NCBI GenBank assembly: GCA_044448625.1
Contig: JBIOHA010000002.1
Coordinates: 1 to 36,692, forward strand
Source: Chitinophagales bacterium
GTDB lineage: Bacteria; Bacteroidota; Bacteroidia; Chitinophagales; BACL12
Reading direction: 5' to 3'
DNA: 36,692 nucleotides
Positions 16,736-25,374 of this stretch are shown here, one piece after another. Every line of letters begins with the position of its first letter. Position 1 is the first letter of the stretch. A program made the translations under genes and the position numbers. Below the pieces are notes generated by a model, which saw nothing but the letters and a program-made list of their open reading frames with translations, did no database searches and was not told where the DNA came from.

Positions 16736-17869
16736 TTAGTTTATGGGAACCAGCATCATTTCCTTCATCTTCTCTACTACAAAATCAACCTCCTGTATCG
16801 TGTTGTACTTTGAAAATGAAAACCGCACGGCAGCAGAATTCGGTTCGCGGTTGAGATGCGCAATAACATGTGAGCCAATATTGCTGCCACTGCTGCAGGC
16901 ACTTCCTCCGCTAACCGCAATGCCGGCGATATCCAAATTAAATAGCAGGAGATCATTTTTTTCGCTTGGCGGAAAATTCACGTTGAGCACAGTATATAAA
17001 CCATCATCCGGAGAATTAAAAATAATTCCGGGCAACTCATTTGTTAAACGTTCTTTCAAATGTGACCTTAATCCTGAAATATATTTTTTTGTTTGTTCCA
17101 ATTCGCGATAACCGATCTCCAATGCCTTGGCCAATCCAACAATGCCGTATAAATTTTCAGTTCCGGCCCGCATATTTCTTTCCTGTGCTCCACCGTGAAT
17201 GAGCGGTTTAATGGATGCGTCTGCATTTACATATATAAATCCAACACCTTTAGGACCATGAAATTTATGTGCTGCACAGGAAATAAAATGGATCTTCGTT
17301 TTTTGAAGATCCAGCGGATAATGTGCAATTGTTTGAACGGTATCACAATGAAAATAAGCGTTGTAAACTTTACAGAGCGCACTCACTCTGTCAATATCGA
17401 GCAGCGTACCTATCTCATTATTCGCATGCATTAAACTCACCAGGGTTTTTTCAGTGGAGTTTTTAAGTAATGATTCGAGGTCGTCGTAAATTACAGTGCA
17501 ATCTTTTCCCAGCTTAACCATGCTGAGTTTTATCCTGCCTTCATTTATTAATGCGTCAACCGTATGCGTTACCGCATGATGTTCAATTGGCGAAGAAATA
17601 ATATGAGTTACCCCCAGATCGCGGACGCTGCATTGAAGCGCCATATTATTTGCCTCGGTGCCACCGCTTGTAAAAAATATCTCTCCGGGGGAGACATGGA
17701 ATATTGAGGCAATTGTTTTTCTTGCTTTTTCGATCGCAGACCTGGTTTCCCTTCCATAAGAATGAATAGAAGAAGGATTGCCAAAATGATTTTCAAGATA
17801 GGGAAGCATCGCCTCCATCACCTCAGGATCAAGCCGTGTTGTGGCAGCATTATCAAAGTAAACTCGCAT
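16736..17869 (-). CDS. Cysteine desulfurase (NifS/IscS family)
   Basis: 377 aa with MRVYFDNAATTRLDPEV, PLP-lysine motif SCAAHKFHGPKG, and catalytic-Cys loop SGGSACSSG. Confidence 0.9.
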   Translation of the reverse strand: MRVYFDNAATTRLDPEVMEAMLPYLENHFGNPSSIHSYGRETRSAIEKARKTIASIFHVSPGEIFFTSGGTEANNMALQCSVRDLGVTHIISSPIEHHAVTHTVDALINEGRIKLSMVKLGKDCTVIYDDLESLLKNSTEKTLVSLMHANNEIGTLLDIDRVSALCKVYNAYFHCDTVQTIAHYPLDLQKTKIHFISCAAHKFHGPKGVGFIYVNADASIKPLIHGGAQERNMRAGTENLYGIVGLAKALEIGYRELEQTKKYISGLRSHLKERLTNELPGIIFNSPDDGLYTVLNVNFPPSEKNDLLLFNLDIAGIAVSGGSACSSGSNIGSHVIAHLNREPNSAAVRFSFSKYNTIQEVDFVVEKMKEMMLVPIN

Positions 17870-17909
17870 GCAAATTAGTTAATCTCACAAAATTAAGATA
17901 AACGGGCGA

Positions 17910-18022
17910 AATGAGTAATGAGTAATGAGTAATGAGTTTGTGCCCGAGCAGGATCTAAATTCCTTATTCCTTATTCCTTATTCCTTACTTCTTGCTCACC
18001 ACTGACCACTCCCCACTCCCCA
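17910..18022. repeat. Bipartite heptamer array C: (ATGAGTA)x4, 22-nt spacer, nine pyrimidine-rich heptamers
   Basis: atgagta x4 spans 17911-17937. The spacer ttgtgcccgagcaggatctaaa lies at 17938-17959. The second sub-array is ttcctta x4 (17960-17987), cttcttg, ctcacca, ctgacca and ctcccca x2 (to 18022). The glmM stop codon follows 2 nt later at 18025-18027. Confidence 0.9.
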
Positions 18023-18024
18023 TC

Positions 18025-19407
18025 TTATTTCATTATCAATTTAATATCCTCCATCATTTTTCTGTTAATACTTTCTGCCGTGGTTTTGGTAGAACTTTCT
18101 GAATAAATTCTGATAATAGGCTCGGTATTGCTTGCCCGGAGATGCACCCAGTCGGTACCCATTTCAATTTTGAGCCCGTCTTCCTTATTTAATTTTTCTT
18201 TTTTGTATTTTTCTTCCATTTGTTTTAATATGGAAATGACGTCTGTTCCATCAGGCAGTTCAATTCTGTTTTTCGCCATAAAATAATTGGGATATTCTGC
18301 ACGCAACCTGGAACAACTTTTTTTAGATGTTGCAAGATGTGATAAAAACAGGGCGATCCCCACCAGTGCATCTCTTCCATAATGCAATGCTGGATAAATA
18401 ATTCCGCCGTTGCCTTCCCCGCCGATGATCGCATTTACTTCTTTCATTTTTTCAACGACATGCACCTCGCCAACTGCACTTTGATAATGTTCCACCCCAT
18501 ATTTTTTTGACACATCACGCAAAGCCTGAGTAGATGATAAATTGGAAACCGTATTTCCTTTTTTATGTTTCAGCACATAATCGGCTATGGCAACCAAAGT
18601 ATATTCTTCACCAAACATGTCGCCATTTTCACAAACAATTGCAAGGCGGTCAACATCGGGATCTACCACCAGGCCCACATCGGCCTTTTGATGTTTTACT
18701 TCATGTGCAATAGTTGACAAATGCTCGGGAAGTGGCTCAGGATTATGCGGGAACCGTCCGTTTGGATTAGTAAATAATTCAACAACATCAAATACACCAA
18801 TTGCAACCAATAACTCAGGAACAGAGATTCCGCCAGTTGAATTTACACAATCGATAACAACACGAAAATTCCTTTCCTTTATTGCTTCTTTATTCACCAG
18901 CTCAAGGTCCTGAATTTTATCAATATGTTTTTGGATATAATAAAATTTTTGCTGGTATTCACCTAATTTATCTACGTCGCTATAAATGATATTTTCGTCT
19001 TTTACAATTGCAAGTACTTCTTCACCATCACTACCTGAAATGAATTCACCAAAGTGATTTACTAATTTCAGTGCATTATAATTTTTTGGATTATGAGATG
19101 CTGTTATTATTATTCCGCCCCCGGCATTTTCACGGGGAACGGCGATCTCAACAGTTGGCGTGGTAGATAATCCGAGATCAACTACTTTAATTCCAATTGA
19201 TTGTAAAGTGCCGATCACAAGGTGGTTAACCATTTCCCCACTTATTCTTGCATCACGGCCAATTACAATGGTATTATTTCCTGTTTTTCGTTTAACCCAG
19301 GTTCCAAAGGCTGCAGTAAACTTTATAATATCTTCCGGGGTTAGATTTTGTCCGGGCTCCCCTCCAATTGTTCCTCTGATCCCCGAAATTGATTTAATTA
19401 GTGTCAT
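18025..19407 (-). CDS. glmM: Phosphoglucosamine mutase
   Basis: 460 aa with N-terminal SISGIRGTIGG, active-site Ser loop ITASHNPKNYNALK, and alpha-D-phosphohexomutase architecture. Confidence 0.85.
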   Translation of the reverse strand: MTLIKSISGIRGTIGGEPGQNLTPEDIIKFTAAFGTWVKRKTGNNTIVIGRDARISGEMVNHLVIGTLQSIGIKVVDLGLSTTPTVEIAVPRENAGGGIIITASHNPKNYNALKLVNHFGEFISGSDGEEVLAIVKDENIIYSDVDKLGEYQQKFYYIQKHIDKIQDLELVNKEAIKERNFRVVIDCVNSTGGISVPELLVAIGVFDVVELFTNPNGRFPHNPEPLPEHLSTIAHEVKHQKADVGLVVDPDVDRLAIVCENGDMFGEEYTLVAIADYVLKHKKGNTVSNLSSTQALRDVSKKYGVEHYQSAVGEVHVVEKMKEVNAIIGGEGNGGIIYPALHYGRDALVGIALFLSHLATSKKSCSRLRAEYPNYFMAKNRIELPDGTDVISILKQMEEKYKKEKLNKEDGLKIEMGTDWVHLRASNTEPIIRIYSESSTKTTAESINRKMMEDIKLIMK

Positions 19408-19489
19408 AATCGCTGCGTAAAGTTAAATAAATTCAAACTGGGCTTGTCGAATAAATCATCAAAACCTATACATTTGCCTAAATAACCAC

Positions 19490-20224
19490 ATGCGCCATCA
19501 AAAGTCATGGTTTGAAACTTGGTTCAACAGGCATTATTATGATCTGCTTTATCAGCATCGCGACGAAGATGAGGCTGCGGGATTTCTCGATGGATTAATA
19601 AGTTACCTGCACCCAACAACCGGAGCAACAATGCTTGATGCGGCCTGTGGTAAAGGCAGACATGCGAGTTATCTTGCCCAGAAGGGCTTTGAGGTTACAG
19701 GAATAGACCTTTCTTCAAAAAATATTAAGGAAGCAGCCATAAATGAAAATGACCACTTATCATTTTTCCAGCATGATATGCGAAGAGTGTTCAGGATAAA
19801 TTATTTCGATTTCATTTTTAATTTTTACACCAGCTTTGGATATTTCGATAATAAAAAATACGATATCATGTGTATGCAGTCATTTGCCGCGGGCTTAAAA
19901 AAAGGTGGAAGATTGGTTATCGATTTTTTTAATGTGAGCTATGTTTTAAAACATTTAGTGGAAGATGAAAGCAAAGTAGTTAATGGGGTGCATTTCACCA
20001 TCACAAAAAAATATGAAGATTGTTTTATAAGCAAAAAGATAGATGTCATGGATGGTAATAAAAGAGAGATTTTTTGTGAGAAGGTGCGGGCGTTACAATT
20101 AAATGATTTCAACGATTATTTTACAAAATCCGGATTAAAGCTGATCACCACTTTTGGAGATTATCAATTAAATCCTTACGATGAATCTGTTTCTGAACGA
20201 TTAATCCTTATAGCCGAAAAATGA
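19490..20224 (+). CDS. Class I SAM-dependent methyltransferase
   Basis: 244 aa with motif I (MLDAACGKGRH) and an acidic post-I residue (VTGIDLS). Confidence 0.8.
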   Translation: MRHQKSWFETWFNRHYYDLLYQHRDEDEAAGFLDGLISYLHPTTGATMLDAACGKGRHASYLAQKGFEVTGIDLSSKNIKEAAINENDHLSFFQHDMRRVFRINYFDFIFNFYTSFGYFDNKKYDIMCMQSFAAGLKKGGRLVIDFFNVSYVLKHLVEDESKVVNGVHFTITKKYEDCFISKKIDVMDGNKREIFCEKVRALQLNDFNDYFTKSGLKLITTFGDYQLNPYDESVSERLILIAEK

Positions 20225-20835
20225 TCATTCCCGAAGGCATCCAGCATATTGATGAACAATTTTTTATTCTCATCAACCGGAAATGGGCAAATGGTTTTTT
20301 TGATCTGATCATGCCACCCGTTCGCGACCGTTTGTTCTGGATATTTCTTTATATTCTGATTGCCGGAATTATTTTCTGGAAATTCAGGCTCAGGGGACTA
20401 TGGATCATTTTATTGCTGGCAGCAACATTTGGAATAACGGACCAGCTCAGCAGCTCCGTCATTAAACCTGCAGTAGGCAGAATAAGGCCGTGCAATGATG
20501 AACAATTTAAAGATGAGGTTATTTTGAGGATCAGTGCATGTGGCGTAGGCAAAAGTTTTACATCAAGCCACGCAGCAAATACTTTCGCTTTTGCAGTATT
20601 GTTAAGTTTATTATTCCGTGCACGATGGAAATATATTACACCATTGGCAATTTTTTGGGCAGCACTTGTTTCATATGCTCAAATTTATGTGGGGGTTCAT
20701 TACCCGTTTGACATTATCGGAGGGGCATTGGTGGGAAGTATGGTTAGCATTATAATGTATTTGCTTGCAAAAAAATTTATCTTCCCTAAATTCATGCCTG
20801 AACTTTTACAACACAAAAAAGCAATAATAAAATGA
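20221..20835 (+). CDS. PAP2-family membrane phosphatase
   Basis: 204 aa, several TM segments, and the PAP2 tripartite motif KPAVGRIRP / TSSHA / GVHYPFD. ATGA overlap with the upstream gene. Confidence 0.8.
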   Translation: MIIPEGIQHIDEQFFILINRKWANGFFDLIMPPVRDRLFWIFLYILIAGIIFWKFRLRGLWIILLLAATFGITDQLSSSVIKPAVGRIRPCNDEQFKDEVILRISACGVGKSFTSSHAANTFAFAVLLSLLFRARWKYITPLAIFWAALVSYAQIYVGVHYPFDIIGGALVGSMVSIIMYLLAKKFIFPKFMPELLQHKKAIIK

Positions 20836-21572
20836 CCACTATTCAAATTGTTTTATTGATCGCTGCTTCGTTTATTGGAGTTTTTGCTGCATGGATGTTG
20901 CGCAATAAAACACAGAATAAGTTTTTGAGTGTGTTATTATCATTTAGCGGAGCTTATTTATTGGGTGCCGTCGTTTTACATTTATTGCCTGAAGTTTTTG
21001 AAAGCAATACAATTGATGATGGTCATGATTATACCGCTGCTATTTATATTTTAATCGGCTTTTTGATCCAGCTTTTAATTGTTCAGTTTACAAAAGGTAT
21101 TGAACACGGCCATTTACATTTGCACGATCATTTTTCAAAAGGATATGTGGCCGGTGTGGTATTCGGATTAAGTGTGCATGCCCTTATGGAAGGCATACCC
21201 CTGGCAGCACCTGAGATCTCCTCCGAACAAATCCAACCTTTGTACTGGGGGATAGTTGTTCACAAGATCCCGGAAACATTTGCACTGGCAACGGTATTAT
21301 TTTTTTCTGTGAAAAAACATTCGTACGCATTTATTTTTACATTGTTTTTTGCTTTGATGACACCGATAGGCAGCCTTGCCGGAAATTATTTTGCAAAAGA
21401 GGACGCCTTCAATTTTAACTGGCTTATCGCAATTGTTTGCGGATCGCTGATCCACATCTCAACAACAATTATTTTTGAAGCAAGCGGGAAGGCACATAAA
21501 ATGAGTATAATTAAACTCGCGGTTATTATCGGAGGCTTTGGCCTTTCGTTATTATCTGCAATTTTGGAGTAA
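20832..21572 (+). CDS. ZIP-family divalent metal transporter
   Basis: 246 aa, polytopic, with a His-rich loop (HGHLHLHDH) and a ZIP-type HKIPE motif. ATGA overlap with the PAP2 gene. Confidence 0.8.
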   Translation: MTTIQIVLLIAASFIGVFAAWMLRNKTQNKFLSVLLSFSGAYLLGAVVLHLLPEVFESNTIDDGHDYTAAIYILIGFLIQLLIVQFTKGIEHGHLHLHDHFSKGYVAGVVFGLSVHALMEGIPLAAPEISSEQIQPLYWGIVVHKIPETFALATVLFFSVKKHSYAFIFTLFFALMTPIGSLAGNYFAKEDAFNFNWLIAIVCGSLIHISTTIIFEASGKAHKMSIIKLAVIIGGFGLSLLSAILE

Positions 21573-21725
21573 CTTCTACAACTGTTCCGAAAAAATAAAT
21601 TCAGGAATGTAGATGAGGCAGATTTAGCTGATTTAAATATCTGTACCGACAGCCGCCATGGACAACGGAGCAATAATTACAAACCTTCCGAACTGTTTTG
21701 GAATAACATTCTTAAATTTATACCC

Positions 21726-24700
21726 ATGGTCCCCAAAATTTTAGTTTCGAATTACAGATCAATTGCTATCATTTTGGTTTTCACCTGCCTGGCGGGTTGC
21801 TCATTTTTCAACAAAAAAGAAACTATCACCCGTGCTTCAGTTATCATCGATAAAGACAGAGTGGTACCCACCGATAAGGATAATGGAAAATTATTTGAGA
21901 TCTTAACCGGAAAATCCACTGGATTAAATTTTATCAATACCCTTCCCGACAATTACGAAAATAATTATTGGAGATATACTTTCATTTACAATGGCGGAAG
22001 CGTAAACATCGGTGATTTTAATAATGATGGTTTGCCCGATGTTTTTTTTACGGGTGTAATGGTGCCACATCACCTTTATTTAAACAGAGGAAATTTGCAG
22101 TTTGAAGATATCACCTCAGCAGCAGGAATCACAAAAAAAGAATTTGAGTGGACATCGGGCTCAACGGTTGCCGATGTGAATGGTGATGGATGGCTCGATA
22201 TTTATATTTGTAATTCAAGATGGGCCGATCCTGAAAAACACGGAAATAAATTATTCATAAACAATGGCGATCTCACCTTTACGGAAAAAGCCAAAGAGTA
22301 CGGATTAACAGGAGACGTTACATGTTCAGCGGCGAATTTTTTTGATTATGACAACGATGGTGATCTCGATATGTATCTTGTTACGCATCCGCTGGATTTT
22401 ATCAATAAATTTAAAACCTATTATTTGCAGACAATCGAAAATAACAGAAACCTCAGCAATAAATTATATCGCAACAATGGTGATAACACATTTACCGATA
22501 TTCATCTTGAAGCCGGGATAAACAACCATGGCTTCGGCCTGGGTGCTACTGTTGCCGATTTCGATGAAAATGGATATCTCGATATTTTTGTTACAAATGA
22601 TTTTGGCATGTATGACTATCTCTATTATAATAATGGTGATGGCACATTTACCGATGCATCATTAACGGCATTAAAAAGGCATGGAGTAAGCTCAATGGGA
22701 GCAGATGCTGCCGATTTTAATAACGATGGGCTCATCGATCTCTACTATGTTGATATTGAGATGGAAGAAAATTATACCTATAAAACATTTCAGATCTCCA
22801 GCCAGGTGGAAATTTTGCGCACACTTATTAACGCAGGATATGGGTATCAGAACCATGGAAATTCTCTTAAGCTGAACAACGGCAACAAAACATTTTCTGA
22901 AATTGCCCGCACTGCAGGTGTGGGAGTTACCGATTGGGGATGGTCGAGTTTTTTCACCGATTTTAATAATGACGGACTCAAAGATATTTTTGTTTCAACA
23001 GGTTATTTGCAGGACTTCAACATTGATGAATCGGAAACTTATGTGGAATTAAGAAGGGCATGCCGGATTAGCGACAGCACGGTGTATTACAAGCTTATAA
23101 ATTCAATTCCAAAATATATTCTCAACACACCCAATTTTATTTACAGGAATAATGGCGACCTCACCTTTGAAGATATGCGAGATGCATGGGGTATTTATCA
23201 TCCATCGTCATCGTACGGTGCCGCTTCCGCTGACCTTGATCTTGATGGCGACATGGATATTATTTGCGCCAATGCAAATGAAACACCATATGTCTATAAA
23301 AACAATTCTGAAAAAATGGGTGAGCATAATAATTTCATCCGATTTCAGTTAAAGGGTTATGCAAAAAATACATATGGACTCGGAACAAAGATCAAAATTT
23401 ATTATGGCGACACCATGCAATATATTCAGCATACCAATACGAGGGGTTATATTTCAACAACAGAAAATATTATTCATTTTGGAACAGGGAAAAATAAAAT
23501 AGTAGAACGAGTAGAAGTTACATGGCCCGATGGGAAAAAGCAAATGCTGGAAAATATAGCATGTGATCAACTGGTTATTCTGGATCACGCTGAGGCGGGA
23601 GAAATTCATTTCCCCGAGATCAAACAATCAGAAACAACATTTAAAAGTGTAGCTTACAATTCCGGAATAAACTATAAGCATAATGAAAATGATTTCGAAG
23701 ATTTTACCAGGGAATTTCTCATCCCACATAAAATGAGTGTTTCAGGACCCTGCATTGCAACCGGCGATCTCGATGGTAATGGGTTAGATGATATATATAT
23801 TGGCGGCACATTCGAAAAAAAAGGCGCAGTCTATCTGCAAACAACAAGCGGAAAATTTACTACAGGCAAAATTGATCTTGCTGCCAATATCAAATATGAA
23901 GATGGTGCTGCACTTATTTTCGACGCGGATAATGATGGTGACAACGATATTTATGTTGGCAGCGGCGGTAACGAAAAAATTGCCGGCGACAGTTGTTACA
24001 GCGACAGGTTTTATTTGAATGAGGGCAATGAATTTATATTGAGAAATGATAAGATCCCGGCATCCTATATTCCTACATCCTGTGTTCTTGGATGCGATTA
24101 CGACAAAGACGGTGACATGGATCTGTTTGTTGGCGGTAGACAATATCCCGGAAAATATTTAATGCCTGTTTCTTCCCGCATCCTGAAAAATGAGCAGGGA
24201 AATTTTGTTGACGTTACTTCGCAAATTGCACCCGCACTGAAAAATATCGGAATGGTTTCAACTGCGCTATGGACCGATTTCGACAATGATAATAATATCG
24301 ATTTGATCGTCACTGGCGACTGGATGCCAATTGTTTTTTTGAAAAACGATAAAAATAATTTCACCAACATCACCTCCGAAACAAATTTAAAAAACATGGA
24401 AGGTTGGTGGCAAAGTATTAATGGTGCTGACCTTGATAATGATGGCGATATTGATTATGTGCTGGGAAATTTCGGTACAAACAGGAGATATAAAAATACA
24501 ATTTCAGAATCAACGGGTGAAGCGCTGCCGCTGGAAGCGTTTTTATTTAATAAGAATGAAACTGATTATAATGGTTTAATGATCAGTTATTACCAACATG
24601 ATATTTTGTATCCTGTTAATTTACGTGAACGATTGCTTGAACAATTCCCTGAGTTGAAAAAAACTGTTCCCGACTGGGATTCTTTTGGAAAAATGAGTAC

Positions 24701-25337
24701 CCAGGAAATGTTTGGTTTAAACAATCTCACATCTGCCCGCCACCTGTTATGTTATCAGTTTGAAAGTACCGTTTTAATAAATAATGGCAACCTGAATTTT
24801 ACAAAAAAAATATTTCCGGTTGATGCCCAGGTGAGCCCTGTGTTTGGAACAATTTGCCAGGATTTTAATGGGGATGGTTTCGTTGACATTTTATGCCACG
24901 GTAATTATTTTCAGACCGATATTTTAATTACCCGTCATGATGCCGGTACCGGTTTGTTGCTTCAGGGAAATGGGGATGGCAGCTTTAAAGCTCTGAGGAG
25001 TATTGAAAGTGGATTTTGGAGCGATGGCGATGCAAGGTCGCTCGCTCTCGTTAACTGCGGTGAAAATCAACCACCACTCATAATTGGTGGGGTGAATAAC
25101 GACGACGTAAAAGTATATGAATTTGCAATTCCTAAAATGATGAGTGTCGAACAAAATGATGCATATGCACTTATTACCCTAAATGATAATTCTGTCGTGA
25201 AAAAAGAATTTTATAAAGGTGAAGGGTATTATAGCCAGAATTCAAATACCGTTTTGATTAATGATAAGGTAATGATGGTTTATGCTGTAGATTATATGGG
25301 GAATAAAAAGCGCATTTACAACCGGTCGATAATGTAA
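21726..25337 (+). CDS. VCBS/FG-GAP repeat lipoprotein with central ASPIC/UnbV domain (CRTAC1-like)
   Basis: 1203 aa with a lipobox (LVFTCLAGCSFF) and many FG-GAP/VCBS Ca-binding repeats (FNNDGLPDVF, VNGDGWLDIY, DNDGDLDMY...). It has an ASPIC/UnbV-like segment (GLGTKIKIYYGDTMQYIQHTNTRGYIS...VEVTWPDGKK). Confidence 0.8.
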   Translation: MVPKILVSNYRSIAIILVFTCLAGCSFFNKKETITRASVIIDKDRVVPTDKDNGKLFEILTGKSTGLNFINTLPDNYENNYWRYTFIYNGGSVNIGDFNNDGLPDVFFTGVMVPHHLYLNRGNLQFEDITSAAGITKKEFEWTSGSTVADVNGDGWLDIYICNSRWADPEKHGNKLFINNGDLTFTEKAKEYGLTGDVTCSAANFFDYDNDGDLDMYLVTHPLDFINKFKTYYLQTIENNRNLSNKLYRNNGDNTFTDIHLEAGINNHGFGLGATVADFDENGYLDIFVTNDFGMYDYLYYNNGDGTFTDASLTALKRHGVSSMGADAADFNNDGLIDLYYVDIEMEENYTYKTFQISSQVEILRTLINAGYGYQNHGNSLKLNNGNKTFSEIARTAGVGVTDWGWSSFFTDFNNDGLKDIFVSTGYLQDFNIDESETYVELRRACRISDSTVYYKLINSIPKYILNTPNFIYRNNGDLTFEDMRDAWGIYHPSSSYGAASADLDLDGDMDIICANANETPYVYKNNSEKMGEHNNFIRFQLKGYAKNTYGLGTKIKIYYGDTMQYIQHTNTRGYISTTENIIHFGTGKNKIVERVEVTWPDGKKQMLENIACDQLVILDHAEAGEIHFPEIKQSETTFKSVAYNSGINYKHNENDFEDFTREFLIPHKMSVSGPCIATGDLDGNGLDDIYIGGTFEKKGAVYLQTTSGKFTTGKIDLAANIKYEDGAALIFDADNDGDNDIYVGSGGNEKIAGDSCYSDRFYLNEGNEFILRNDKIPASYIPTSCVLGCDYDKDGDMDLFVGGRQYPGKYLMPVSSRILKNEQGNFVDVTSQIAPALKNIGMVSTALWTDFDNDNNIDLIVTGDWMPIVFLKNDKNNFTNITSETNLKNMEGWWQSINGADLDNDGDIDYVLGNFGTNRRYKNTISESTGEALPLEAFLFNKNETDYNGLMISYYQHDILYPVNLRERLLEQFPELKKTVPDWDSFGKMSTQEMFGLNNLTSARHLLCYQFESTVLINNGNLNFTKKIFPVDAQVSPVFGTICQDFNGDGFVDILCHGNYFQTDILITRHDAGTGLLLQGNGDGSFKALRSIESGFWSDGDARSLALVNCGENQPPLIIGGVNNDDVKVYEFAIPKMMSVEQNDAYALITLNDNSVVKKEFYKGEGYYSQNSNTVLINDKVMMVYAVDYMGNKKRIYNRSIM

Positions 25338-25374
25338 ATGATTATAATAACGGCAAGTGGGGGTGATGAGGGCA

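Noticed and set aside
21578-21591. Motif acaactgttcSgaa occurs shortly after the stop codons of both the ZIP gene (21578-21591) and clpB (36479-36492). A related ttccgaactgtt occurs at 21686-21697.
   Set aside because: By my rough estimate, a 14-mer with one mismatch is expected dozens to hundreds of times by chance among all position pairs in a 36.7-kb AT-rich window. There is not enough evidence for a shared element.
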